Shown here piece by piece: positions 18,596 to 30,600 of a DNA stretch of 62,599 nt. The translations under genes were made by a program, and so were the position numbers. The notes under the pieces are model-generated. The model had not been told where the DNA came from. It made no database searches and was given only the letters and a program-made list of their open reading frames with translations. This stretch comes from an uncultured virus (IMG/VR IMGVR_UViG_3300003937_000141). Lineage: Duplodnaviria; Heunggongvirae; Uroviricota; Caudoviricetes. How positions within the stretch are numbered: position 1 is the stretch's first letter; each line of letters opens with the position of its first letter. Location of the stretch: the IMG/VR virus record IMGVR_UViG_3300003937_000141. The stretch is one strand, 5' to 3'.

Positions 18596-19913
18596 TACAA
18601 TTATGTAAGAGCTGATTGGCATCCTTATAGTTGTCAAACAGCTCTTGCTGATCCCTGCCAGTTATGTTTAGATTTACATTAAATTTTCTGTTTTGTAGAT
18701 TTTGAAATTCAGGTATTTCCATATCAACTTCTAATTTTCTATTCAGATAGTTCCAATATTTTTCAATAACTTCTAAATTTTTTATATCTTTTATTACACC
18801 AGGTTTTAATTGAGTACAACCCCACAATAGGTGATTAGTTATTTCTGGTTCTTTATTATTACCTATGTTAGCAAATATATTATTGCCAGGTAGTTTATCT
18901 AAAATATTAATAAACTGTCCTATTCTAGGATTAAAATCTATTGCAATTAACTTATAGCCTGATATATGAAAGTCAGGACCTGCAAAATTCATCTCTTGTA
19001 TATTTAATTTATCAACAATAGTTTGTAAAAACTTTAATATCTCTCTATGTTTTGTTGGCATAATTTCAACAACAGGAACAGACCAACAACACATATCTCT
19101 AGCAATATCACTTTTTGTACTGTTAGAATGTTGTTGAATAGGATTGTAATTAAAATCTAAAATATCACCATACTTTACTTTAGATTGTCTGGTATAAAAT
19201 AGTATATCTACTTTACCGTTCTTTACATAACCCATTGGAGATATTGAAGGCTCTTCACTCCAATAATACCCTTGTGCCATTATTCTACAAGGTGTGTTAT
19301 TAAAGTTTTCGTTTTGAATACCTTTTTTGTTTATATCAAAGAAGTCATTATGATAATCTATCTTACTTAAATGATCCAAAAAGTGGTGTTTATTATTCCA
19401 TCTTCTATACTCTATTATAGGTGTATTTTGATCTGATTTAGGATAGAAAGAATTACTACCTGTGCCGATATCAGGTTTTGTAAAAAATTCTTTATTGTTG
19501 AATATGTTTAGTTGACTATGAAATGTTGGTGTAACACTTTCAGGTACGTTATGTCCTAAACCAATTGTTCTGCAATAGTCATCTAGTTTTTGTTTGTTAC
19601 TAAAGATTTCAGCTGCAAATGGAGTTATGTTATTAATACCATAATAGCTTTCTAGTTGACTTTGTATAGGAAAAAGATTTTCGCTTACAGTTATTACTTT
19701 ACTGCAAGATGGAACTTTTTGTGTTATTTCTAAAATATCAAATTTTTTTGATACGATAAGTTTGTCTATGTGTTTTATGAAAGGTTTATAGCGGTCACCT
19801 GCCTTATTAGGTACCACATCACAAACCAATGTGATGTGGTTATTTAAATTCGCTGTGATATGTCCTTCAGACTTGTTAAGGCTTCTTTTGTGTGATAATA
19901 TAATTACATTCAT
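18585..19913 (-). CDS. ATP-grasp domain ligase
   Basis: FSNKQ, FFTKPDIGTGS, IDFNPRIG (ExNxR-like). Confidence 0.7.
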   Translation of the reverse strand: MNVIILSHKRSLNKSEGHITANLNNHITLVCDVVPNKAGDRYKPFIKHIDKLIVSKKFDILEITQKVPSCSKVITVSENLFPIQSQLESYYGINNITPFAAEIFSNKQKLDDYCRTIGLGHNVPESVTPTFHSQLNIFNNKEFFTKPDIGTGSNSFYPKSDQNTPIIEYRRWNNKHHFLDHLSKIDYHNDFFDINKKGIQNENFNNTPCRIMAQGYYWSEEPSISPMGYVKNGKVDILFYTRQSKVKYGDILDFNYNPIQQHSNSTKSDIARDMCCWSVPVVEIMPTKHREILKFLQTIVDKLNIQEMNFAGPDFHISGYKLIAIDFNPRIGQFINILDKLPGNNIFANIGNNKEPEITNHLLWGCTQLKPGVIKDIKNLEVIEKYWNYLNRKLEVDMEIPEFQNLQNRKFNVNLNITGRDQQELFDNYKDANQLLHNCITY

Positions 19914-19950
19914 TTTTCATAATATATAGATGTAAAATAACTATAAGATA

Positions 19951-20298
19951 TTATCTCTTAAAGTCACCATTGTCAAATTTATAAGCCCAATTAGGTTCTA
20001 CTTTCATTGACTGCTCTTGTACACCTTCGTCTATTGATGGTAATTTTGATCTCTCTCCATCCCATTCTTTAAAGGTTTCTTCATCTGCAAACTCTCTTAT
20101 GATTATAACACTTTTGTTATCAACATTTAATTCAGCTTGTTTGACTACTTTATAATTTTCGTCATTAGCAATATGTTGTTTAATAATATCTGTATCAATT
20201 TTAGCTGAAGATGTTTTGTTAAAAAAATCTTCAACTGAACCGAAAGTTAAGCTCGAGTCAACGTTTGTTAGCTTCCATTTTTTAGTTACTACTGGCAT
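19951..20298 (-). CDS. hypothetical protein, paralog of 20300..20707
   Basis: GAGGAG SD before ATG 20298; shares TF...DFF and V.I.R.F.D...W...R..LP..D. Confidence 0.65.
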   Translation of the reverse strand: MPVVTKKWKLTNVDSSLTFGSVEDFFNKTSSAKIDTDIIKQHIANDENYKVVKQAELNVDNKSVIIIREFADEETFKEWDGERSKLPSIDEGVQEQSMKVEPNWAYKFDNGDFKR

Positions 20299-20299
20299 T

Positions 20300-20707
20300 T
20301 TATTTGTACTCCTCTTCTTTGTGTCTTTTTTTGCTTTCCCATTGCTCATAGTCCATAATTGGGTATGTGACACCTACATCCCACGAGTCTATGTCTATAA
20401 AACTATTGGCACCGCCTTCTTCTTCAGAAATATTAAAGTCAACGTTTGGGAGGAACGCTCTATTTTTTTTCCATATTTCATAGCTATTAAAATCTTCAAA
20501 TCTTCTTAATGTGATAACTGTTTTTTTATCTGCTAGCAAGAACGAATCTTGTGCCGCTATATTTTTCTCATTATTTTGTTTGTGCGCTTTTATGTCTTCA
20601 GGATCTGTCGCTCCTGTATATGTATTGTCAAAGAAATCTTGTGGGTCCTCAAACGTAGTTTCAGGACTAACAGTATTTAGATATCTCCATTGTGTGTCTA
20701 TGCTCAT
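20300..20707 (-). CDS. hypothetical protein, paralog of 19951..20298
   Basis: same shared motifs; AAGGT SD. Confidence 0.65.
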   Translation of the reverse strand: MSIDTQWRYLNTVSPETTFEDPQDFFDNTYTGATDPEDIKAHKQNNEKNIAAQDSFLLADKKTVITLRRFEDFNSYEIWKKNRAFLPNVDFNISEEEGGANSFIDIDSWDVGVTYPIMDYEQWESKKRHKEEEYK

Positions 20708-20737
20708 AATTTTACCTTGTTTTTACTCTAATAGTAT

Positions 20738-20755
20738 TATTTATGCGTATAAATA
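20738..20755. promoter_or_regulatory. back-to-back T4-type late promoters
   Basis: TATTTATGCGTATAAATA = CATAAATA (-) and TATAAATA (+) between divergent genes. Confidence 0.75.
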
Positions 20756-20760
20756 CTACT

Positions 20761-21096
20761 ATGGCAGCTGTAGCAAATTATACAATAGAACAAGGCACAA
20801 CATTCAGTTCAGCAGTAACAGTTAAAGATAATCAAGGAAACGCATTAGATTTAACTGGTTATACTGCTAGTGCAAAAATGGCCTTGGGGTATAGTTCTAC
20901 GAGAACGAGGACAAGTTTTACCTCGGAATTTGATACTGACAGATCAACAGGTATTATAACTATATCTTTGACTGCAACTCAAACTGCCGCTTTGGACGCA
21001 CCAGCACGTTATGTCTTTGATTTAGATATAACAGCGGGTGATGGAACAGTAACAAGAATAATTGAGGGTCTAATAACGGTTAGACCTAACGTATAA
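20761..21096 (+). CDS. virion structural protein (BppU N-terminal-like/baseplate-fibre adaptor)
   Basis: IEQGTTF...LDLTGYTA...GIITISLTATQT...YVFDL...RIIEG. Confidence 0.65.
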   Translation: MAAVANYTIEQGTTFSSAVTVKDNQGNALDLTGYTASAKMALGYSSTRTRTSFTSEFDTDRSTGIITISLTATQTAALDAPARYVFDLDITAGDGTVTRIIEGLITVRPNV

Positions 21097-21118
21097 TAAT
21101 AATAAGGAGAAATACAAT

Positions 21119-21421
21119 ATGAGTAGTGAAACAATCAACTCAACAGAAACGACAGCAGCACCAACTGCGCCAGTAGAAGCGTCTTTTACAATTGATGGAA
21201 AAGACTATAAAAGAAGTGATTTGTCACCACAATGCTTTAATAGTATTGTTGTAAGACAGGACTTACAAGCAACTAAAGTAAAATTAACATTAGAATTAGA
21301 AAAAGTTGCAATTTTACAGGCACATTATGATACTGTCATCGCTAAAGATTTAGGTATTGACTTAGCAAAAAAAGTCAAAGAAGACAAATCTAAAACAAAC
21401 AGCGACGCTAATAAAAAATAG
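21119..21421 (+). CDS. hypothetical protein (coiled coil)
   Basis: AAGGAG SD; TIDGKDY motif. Confidence 0.65.
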   Translation: MSSETINSTETTAAPTAPVEASFTIDGKDYKRSDLSPQCFNSIVVRQDLQATKVKLTLELEKVAILQAHYDTVIAKDLGIDLAKKVKEDKSKTNSDANKK

Positions 21422-21462
21422 TTGACATATTAATTATTGATTGATTTAGATTATCTTATTAT

Positions 21463-21470
21463 TATAAATA
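21463..21470 (+). promoter_or_regulatory. T4-type late promoter
   Basis: TATAAATA upstream of 21500. Confidence 0.75.
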
Positions 21471-21499
21471 TTGGTAACACAGTATAATAATAGGTAAAA

Positions 21500-21766
21500 A
21501 TGTCAAATAATATAACTGCGACTTACAGTACAGGCACGAATACAACTGCTACAATTAATAATACTACAACAGGACCAAGGAATGTTTCTGTAACGGCGCC
21601 GTCAGTAGCGAAATTAACAAAACTTACAGCTTTAAGTGATGTTAACTCTACAACTTTAGACGATGGTGCTATGCTACAATATGATGATTCATCAAAAAAA
21701 TTTATAACAAGAACTGAAATAAAAACTGAAAGTGGAAATTTAGTACTTAACGGTGGCACATTTTAA
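21500..21766 (+). CDS. small fibre-associated structural protein
   Basis: LTALSDV...DGAMLQYD...LNGGTF fibre-type motifs. Confidence 0.65.
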   Translation: MSNNITATYSTGTNTTATINNTTTGPRNVSVTAPSVAKLTKLTALSDVNSTTLDDGAMLQYDDSSKKFITRTEIKTESGNLVLNGGTF

Positions 21767-21779
21767 CTAGGGAGATAAA

Positions 21780-24131
21780 ATGGCAACTATAATAAAGATT
21801 AGAAGAACCACAGGTGCTAATGCACCCAGCGGTCTTAACCAAGGGGAATTAGCATACGTTTATGATACATCAAATGCTGACAGCGGTGCTGGCGGTAATG
21901 GTGTACGATTATTCATTGGTGACCCCACATCAACATCCAATTCTGCAATAGAAATTGGTGGTAGATATTACACACAACTTTTAGACCACGCACACGGAAC
22001 GCTAACAGCGTCTTCGGGTATAGTAGTAGATTCAAATAAAGCAATTGATGAATTGTTTATTGGAAATAGTGCTACAGTCGGTGGTACAATTAAATTTAAC
22101 GAAGGCACAAATAATGGTGCCCATTTCATAGCACTTAAATCTCCCAATAGTGTTGCGGCTAGCGTTACATTTACATTACCAGCAACTGATGGATCAGATG
22201 GTCACGTATTACAAACTGATGGATCAGGTGCATTATCATTTGCAGCTCCAGCGTCAAGTTCATTTACACTTGCTGCTGATAGTGGTTCAAGTGATACATT
22301 TACGACAGGTCAAACATTAACAATTGCTGGTGGTACTGGTATTGGTACAACTGTATCAGACAACAATATTTCAGTTGCTATAGACGCAACAGTTGCTACA
22401 TTAACTGGTTCTCAAACACTAACAAACAAAACATTAACAAGTCCAACAATCAATACTGGTACTATTAGTTTAGGTGCAAACCTAACTATGGGTGCATATA
22501 GTTTAGTTTTTGAAGGTTCAACAGCGGATGATTTTGAAACAACATTAACAGTTACAGATCCAACTGCTGATAGAACAATTACTTTACCAAATGCAACAGA
22601 CACATTAGTAGGTCTTGCAACAACAGATACACTAACAAACAAAACATTAACAAGTGCTGTATTAAACACAGGCGTTAGTGGTTCAGCAATCAAAGATGAA
22701 GACGATTTAACTTCCAATTCTGCTACACATTTAGCAACACAACAAAGTATTAAAGCATATGTTGACTCACAAGTCACAGCACAAGATTTAGATTTTCAAG
22801 GTGACTCTGGTGGTGCTCTTGCAATTGATTTAGATAGTGAAACATTAACAATCGCTGGTGGTACTGGATTAGATTCAGTTGGTTCTGGAAATTCAATAAC
22901 ATTAAACATAGACGCAACAGTTGCTACTCTTACAGGTTCACAAACACTAACAAACAAAACAATTGATAGTGCTAGTAATACATTAACATTAGATTTAGGT
23001 GAAGGTACTTTAACTGGTACAACTGCTGAATTTAATAGTGCATTACAAGATGGTTCTTTTACTACATTAGCAGGAACTGAAACACTAACAAACAAAACTC
23101 TTACTGCACCTAAAATTGCTGACGATGGATTTATCGCTGACGCAAGTGGTAATGAGCAAATTCTTTTCCAAACAACAGCAAGTGCTGTTAATTATTTAGA
23201 AGTTACTAACTCAGCTGCAGGCAATGGCTTTAAAGTCGGAACTGCAGGCGGTGATACAAACATTGATTTAATACTTGATCCTAAAGGTTCTGGTGTTGTT
23301 GATGTTAATTCAAGTAGAATTACAAACGTTACTGATCCAACAGGTGCCCAAGACGCAGCTACAAAAGCTTATGTTGACGCAACTGCAAACGGATTAGATG
23401 TAAAAGATTCTGCAAAACTTGCTACAACAGCTGCATTATCTGCTTGTACATACAATAACGGTAATGGTACTTTAACTGCTGACGCCAATGGCGCTTTATC
23501 AGTTGATGGTGTTGCCGTAGCAGTAAATGATAGAATATTAGTTAAAAATCAAGCCTCAGCGGTACAAAATGGTCTTTACAAAGTAACAGCAACAGGTAGT
23601 GGAGGTGCGGCTTTCGTACTTACAAGAACTCCTGACGCTGACGCAGCTTCAGAAATTACAGGCGGCGCTTTCGTATTCGTTGAATCAGGTACTGCAAATG
23701 CTGACAATGGTTATGTATTCACACACGATGGTACTCCAACATTAGGTTCAACTAATATTACAGTTTCACAATTCTCTGGTGCTGGTCAAATTAGTGCTGG
23801 TAACGCATTAACAAAAACTGGTAACACTTTAGATGTTGCTGTTGATGATAGTACGTTAGAGATATCAAGTGACGCTGTACAGATTAAAACAACCTATCCT
23901 GGTCAAACATCAATTACAACTTTAGGAACTATTGCAACTGGTACTTGGAATGGTACAGCAATTGGTAATATATATGGTGGTACAGGACAAACAACATACA
24001 CTACTGGTGATATGTTATATGCAAGTGGTTCAAACACTCTTGGTAAACTGGCATTAGGTGCAAGTGGTAAAATTTTACAATCAAACGGTAGTAATATAGC
24101 ATATGGCGATATAGACGGCGGTACTTACTAA
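21780..24131 (+). CDS. tail fibre/virion structural protein (783 aa)
   Basis: IKIRR...GELAY N-terminus, TLTNKTL repeats, DAATKAYVD, DRILVKNQ...NGLY, terminal IDGGTY. Confidence 0.8.
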   Translation: MATIIKIRRTTGANAPSGLNQGELAYVYDTSNADSGAGGNGVRLFIGDPTSTSNSAIEIGGRYYTQLLDHAHGTLTASSGIVVDSNKAIDELFIGNSATVGGTIKFNEGTNNGAHFIALKSPNSVAASVTFTLPATDGSDGHVLQTDGSGALSFAAPASSSFTLAADSGSSDTFTTGQTLTIAGGTGIGTTVSDNNISVAIDATVATLTGSQTLTNKTLTSPTINTGTISLGANLTMGAYSLVFEGSTADDFETTLTVTDPTADRTITLPNATDTLVGLATTDTLTNKTLTSAVLNTGVSGSAIKDEDDLTSNSATHLATQQSIKAYVDSQVTAQDLDFQGDSGGALAIDLDSETLTIAGGTGLDSVGSGNSITLNIDATVATLTGSQTLTNKTIDSASNTLTLDLGEGTLTGTTAEFNSALQDGSFTTLAGTETLTNKTLTAPKIADDGFIADASGNEQILFQTTASAVNYLEVTNSAAGNGFKVGTAGGDTNIDLILDPKGSGVVDVNSSRITNVTDPTGAQDAATKAYVDATANGLDVKDSAKLATTAALSACTYNNGNGTLTADANGALSVDGVAVAVNDRILVKNQASAVQNGLYKVTATGSGGAAFVLTRTPDADAASEITGGAFVFVESGTANADNGYVFTHDGTPTLGSTNITVSQFSGAGQISAGNALTKTGNTLDVAVDDSTLEISSDAVQIKTTYPGQTSITTLGTIATGTWNGTAIGNIYGGTGQTTYTTGDMLYASGSNTLGKLALGASGKILQSNGSNIAYGDIDGGTY

Positions 24132-24168
24132 TCGTCAAATTAATTAATAAGTTAATGGATTTATAGAG

Positions 24169-24618
24169 ATGGCGACAGTTATTAAATTAAAAACAGGAAC
24201 ATCAGCTCCTACAACAAGTGATATAACATCACGTGAGGTAGCAATTGATACTTCCGCACAAAAATTTTATATTAATGATAGTGGGACTATTAAAGAAATA
24301 GGTGGTGCAACTACCTCTACTTTAACTACTTTATCAGACGTATCTGTTACAGGTATTCAAGCAACACAACATTTACATTATGATGGTTCTGAATGGGTAA
24401 ATGATTACGATTTTAATATCGGTAAAAGAATTCCATTTACCAAAGCAGACACTACAGCAACAACAATCGCTCTTGTAAATAACAAAGATATGACAACAAT
24501 AAATGGATTTTTAGACCATACGGTTTCTCAATCATATTATCTTCCATTTACATTAGCAGCTGGTTCAGCAGTAACAACAATAAGACCAGGGCATATGCCT
24601 ACATTGGAAGGAATTTAA
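24169..24618 (+). CDS. fibre-associated structural protein
   Basis: VIKLK.GTSAP...EVAID N-terminus like the upstream gene; LSDV motif. Confidence 0.65.
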   Translation: MATVIKLKTGTSAPTTSDITSREVAIDTSAQKFYINDSGTIKEIGGATTSTLTTLSDVSVTGIQATQHLHYDGSEWVNDYDFNIGKRIPFTKADTTATTIALVNNKDMTTINGFLDHTVSQSYYLPFTLAAGSAVTTIRPGHMPTLEGI

Positions 24619-24623
24619 TTTAA

Positions 24624-27600
24624 ATGGCAAGTAAAACACCCATAAGAGCCACACTCTCTGGATCAACTGTAACAGGATTAGCTGAATTTCAATCAGGAGA
24701 TTTTATACCTTTATCTGCTGGTGGTATTGGCGCTTCTTTATCAATTGGTTCTGCAGGACAAGTATTAAAAGTAAACACTGGTGCTAGTGCTTTAGAATTT
24801 GGTAGTGTAGAAGCCATCGTAAATATAGACGGTGCAACAGATTTAGAAAGTGCTACATTAGCAGTAGGCGATAAGATATTATTATCTGATGGTGGTACTG
24901 AAGGTAGAGTATTACTATCTCAACTAGATACTTTATTTTCTGGTACATCAAAAACTCTTACAAACAAAACTATCAATAGTAATGCAAATACTTTACATAT
25001 TGATTTAGATGATTTAGGTACATTTACAGGTACACTTGCAGAATTTAACGCAGGATTACAAGGAGATAGTTTTGTTTCTTTAACAGGAAGTGAAACACTT
25101 ACAAATAAAACTTTAACAACACCAACTTTAACAAGTCCTGTTTTAAACACAGGCGTTAGTGGTTCGGCAGTTAAAGATGAAGATAATATGGCAAGTGACT
25201 CTGCTACTCACTTGGCAACACAACAAAGTATTAAAAAATATGTTGATGATTCAATATTAACAAAAGATAATACAGACGAAATTACTGAAGGTTCTACAAA
25301 CCTTTATTATACAAACGCAAGAGCAGACGCTAGAATTACAAATGCTCTTAAAGATGAAGACAATATGGCGTCTGATAGTGCTACTCACGTACCATCGCAA
25401 CAATCAGTTAAGGCATATGTTGACGCTACTGTTACAGCAGAAGATTTAGATATTACAACTGATAGTGGTACAATTGCAATTGATTTAGATTCAGAAACAT
25501 TAACAGTTACAGGCGGTACTGGATTAGATTCAAGTGCAACTGGTAATGCTGTCACACTTGCTATTGATAGTACGGTTACAACATTAACAGGTTCACAAAC
25601 ATTAACAAACAAAACTTTAACAAGTGCTGTATTAAATACAGGAGTTTCAGGAAGTGCTATATTAGATGAAGATAATATGGCGACTAATTCTGCTACTCAA
25701 TTAGCAACACAACAAAGTATTAAAGCATATGTTGACGCATTATCACAAGCGTTTACTATTGCTGCTGATAGTGGTTCAAACGATACAGTAACCGTTGGTA
25801 CAGATACTTTAACATTCGCTGGTGGTACAGGTATTGATACAACTGTTTCTAACAATCAGATTTCAAGTGCTATAGACGCAACAGTTGCTACATTAGCAGG
25901 TTCACAAACATTAACGAATAAAACTTTAACAACTCCTGTAATCGCTGAAATAGACGCAACTGGCAACTTTGATATTGACGCTGTTGCTAATGTTAATATA
26001 GACTCTGGTAGTAATATTATATCATTTAGTACAGGTGGTACAGGATTCTTACAACTTCAGAACGATTCAGGAAATACATGGATTAGAAATACTGGACAAG
26101 ACAATGATATAAAATTTGTAGGTAATGATGGTGGAGGAACCATTACAGCTTTAACTATAGATATGTCAGACGGTGGTCACGCAATATTTAATAATGACAT
26201 TACCGTACCACTTAATATCTATACTGACGGAAATCTTAATGTAAGAGTAGATAATAAGAAAATAAGAATTGGTGCAGGTGAAGATTTACAACTTTACCAC
26301 GATGGAACAAATTCATATATTACAAATGACCAAGGTGCTTTAAAAATTGCAACAGAAACTTCTGGTATTGCAATTACATTAGGACATGGAACTTCAGAAG
26401 TTACAGTTGCTGATAATTTAACAGTTGGTGGCAATACTACCATTACAGGAAATTTAAATGTAAATGGTACAACTACAACACTTGCTACAACTAACTCAAT
26501 AATAGCAGATACACTTATAGAATTAGGTAATGGAGTATCAGGTACTCCTGGTAATGATTCTGGTATCGTAATTGAGAGAGGTGATTTAAATAACGCATTT
26601 ATAGGATTTGATGAGAGTGCTGACAAATTTATCGTTGGTACTGGAACATTTACTGGTGCAAGTACAGGAAATTTAACAATTACAACTGGCACATTGGTTG
26701 CAAACGTTGAAGGTAATGTAACTGGTAACGTAACAGGAAATGCTGACACAGCAACTGCATTAGCAAATGCTAGAACAATTGGTGGAGTATCATTTGATGG
26801 TAGTGCCAATATTAGTTTACCTGGTGTTAATAGTGCAGGTAATCAGAATACAACAGGATCAGCTGCAACTCTAACAACTGCTAGAACAATTGGTGGAGTA
26901 TCATTTGATGGTAGTGCAGCTATTAATTTACCTGGTGTTAATGCCTCAGGTTCACAAGACACATCTGGTAACGCTGCTACGGCAACTAAACTAGCAACTG
27001 CTAGAGCAATTGCTGGTCAAAATTTTGATGGTACTGCAGCTATAACAATTGCGTCAACTGATTTATCTAATACAGCTGCAATCACATTATTAACTGCAAG
27101 TCAAACTTTAACTAATAAAACATTAACAAGTCCTGTTTTAAATACAGGTGTTTCTGGTAGTGCTATATTAGATGAAGACGCTATGGGTTCAAATAGTGCA
27201 ACCCAATTAGCAACACAACAATCCATTAAAGCATATGTTGACGCTAAAGTTACAGCTGAAGATTTAGACATAACTACAGATTCTGGAACAATCGCAATAG
27301 ATTTAGATAGTGAAACTTTAACAGTTACAGGCGGTACTGGATTAGATTCAAGTGCTACAGGCAATGCTGTTACACTTGCTATTGATAGTACAGTTGCAAC
27401 TTTAACAGGTTCTCAAACCCTTACGAATAAAACTTTAACTGCTCCAGTTATTGCTACAATTTCAAATACTGGAACATTAACTTTACCTACTTCTACAGAT
27501 ACACTAGTTGGTAGAGCTACAACAGATACTTTAACAAATAAAACTTTAACAGCACCAAATCTTTCAGGTGTACAAATAACAGACGGCTCACTTGTATTTG

Positions 27601-30600
27601 AAGGTGCAACCGATGACGCTTACGAAACTACTTTTGCAATTACAGACCCAACAGCAGATAGAACAATTACATTCCAAAATGGTACAGGTACCGTTGCTTT
27701 CTTAACAGATGTAACTGGTGGTTCTACTCCTGGTGCTTTCACAACTATTACACTTAATAACAATATTACTTTTGAAGGCGATACGGCTAACGATTTTGAA
27801 ACAACTTTAGCAGTTGTTGATCCTACAGCAGATAGAACAGTTAGTATTCCAGACGCTACAGGTACAGTATCATTAATTGCACATACAGAAACGTTAACAA
27901 ATAAAACAATTGATTTAGGAAACAATACTTTAACTGGTTCTTTAGCAGAATTTAATACTGCTTTACAAGGGGATAGTTTTGTTTCTTTAACTGGTTCTGA
28001 AACACTTACGAATAAAACAATAACAAGTGCTACTCTAACAAACCCTACTATTGCTCAAATACTCGCAACAACATTTACGTTAAATGCAAGTGCCGACATT
28101 ACATTAGACGCTGGTGGCCAAGATATTATTTTATCAGATGATGATACTATTGTTGGTACTATTAGTATGGGTAATTCTGATCTAGCAATTAGATCCAGGG
28201 TTTCAGATAAAGATTTAATATTTAAAGGTAGTGATGGTGGTTCCGAAATCACAGCATTAACTTTAGATATGTCAGACGCTGGTGCAGCTATATTTAATCA
28301 CAATGTAACTGTAGGAAATAATTTAGTAGTTTCAGGTAACTTAACTGTTTCTGGTGATACAACAACTGTTAATACTTCAACATTATCCGTAGAAGATCCA
28401 TTAATTATAATGGCGTCTGGTAATAATGCGGCTGACGCTGTTGATATTGGTTTATATGGATTATATGACACAAGTGGTTCACAAGATTTATATTCAGGAC
28501 TGTTTAGGGATGCTTCAGATACTAAATGGAAATTATTTAAAGACCTTCAGGCAGCGCCAACTACTACTGTTAATACAAGTGGTACTGGTTATGCAACTGG
28601 AACATTAGTTGCTAATTTAGAAGGAAATGTAACTGGTAATGTTACAGGTAATACATCTGGAACAGCTGCTACGGTTACGACCGCAGCTCAACCTGCAATT
28701 ACTTCAGTAGGAACTTTAACTACTTTACAAGTTGATAATCTTAACATTAATGGCAATACAATATCATCTACAGCAGGTACTGATTTAAATATTACGCCAT
28801 TAACAGGACAACAAATTGTATTAGACGGAACAATAATAGTTGACGCTGGTGTAGTTACTGGTGCAACAAGTATTACATCAACTGCATTGGTTGGTGCTTT
28901 AACAGGAAACGCTTCTACAGCAACTGCATTAGAAACTGCTAGAACAATCGCTGGAGTATCTTTTGATGGTACTGCTAATATTGCGATTGCGTCAACAAAT
29001 TTATCTGATACTGCTTCAATTGCATTATTAACAGCTTCACAAACTTTAACTAATAAGACATTAACAGCACCAACAATTAACGCAGCTACCGTAACAGGCG
29101 CTGTAACATTTGCTGGCGATGTAAACTTTGACTCTGGTACTTTATTTGTAGATGAAAGCGCAGATAAAGTTGGGATTGGAACGACTACGCCTGCGAGATC
29201 ATTAGAAATTTCACAATCAATTCCAGTAATCAGAATAACAGATACGGACGCTGCCGCTGGATATATGGAAATGGCAGGTGCAGGTGCTGAATTTAAATTT
29301 GATTTAGATAAAGATAACGCTTTAGATAATTCAATATTAACTTTTAGAGTTGATGGTAATTATGTAATGAAATTTAGAGATGGTGCGTCTGAATTTGCTG
29401 ATGGTAGTGCTGCTTTTCCAAGTATTACTAACATCGGAGATGTAAACACAGGATTATACTTTAGTGCTGCTGATACAATGGCTTTTTCAGCTGGTGGTAC
29501 TTCACAATTTACAATGGCAGATGGAGTTATAGCTCCTGTTACAGATAGTGATGTTGATCTAGGTACAAACTCTTTACGTTTCAAAAATGCTTATATAGAT
29601 AGTATCACAGGTGCTCTTACAGGTAACGCTTCTACAGCAACTACACTTGCAACTGCTAGAACAATTGCAGGTCAAAGTTTTGATGGTTCAGCAAACATAA
29701 CTATTGCTTCAACAGATTTATCAGACACAGCAAGTATTGCTTTATTAACATCAACACAGACTTTAACTAATAAAACTTTAACAACACCTACTATTGCTCA
29801 AATTAATGCAACTAACTTTTTACTAGACGCTTCAAATAATATTGATATAGACGCTGGTGGTGGAGATGTAACATTTAAAAAAGGTGGTACTGCTTGGGGA
29901 CTATTCAAAGAATCAAGTGGTGACGCTGTATTTGAAGTTAAGACTAACAACAAAGATATGGTCTTCAAAGGTGAAGATGATGGTTCATCTATCACAATGC
30001 TTACACTTGATGGTTCAGACGGTGGTACTGCTATATTCAATAAAGATATAAAACTTGGTGATAGTAAAAACATTGAGTTTGGTGCAAGTGGCGATTTAAG
30101 ATTATACCACGATGGTTCAAATTCGTATATAGATGACGTAGGAACAGGTGCTATTGTCGTTAGAGGTTCAGCAATTAATATACAATCAGATAGTTTAAAT
30201 CTTAAAAACTATGCAGGCGATGAATCATATCTAGTAGGTACAGCAGATGGTGCTGTAGAAATCAGATACGATAATAGTAAGAAATTTGAAACAACATCTT
30301 CAGGTGTAACAATAACAGGTGCGGCTGTCGCTACTGGATTTACTGGTGCTCTTACAGGAAACGCTTCCACAGCAACTGCATTAGAAACTGCTAGAACAAT
30401 TGCAGGTGTATCATTTGATGGTAGTGCAAATATTGCTATTGCGTCAACTGATTTATCTAACACATCAAATATTACTTTAAATGACGCTTCGCAAACTTTA
30501 ACGAATAAAACATTAACTACTCCTACTATTACAGAAATAGATAGTGGTTCTACAATTACATTAGACGCTACAACAGATATTAATTTAGACGCTGATAGTG

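Noticed and set aside
21422..21427. TTGACA as a sigma70 -35 box
   Set aside because: No -10 box at 16-18 nt spacing; the late box at 21463 explains expression
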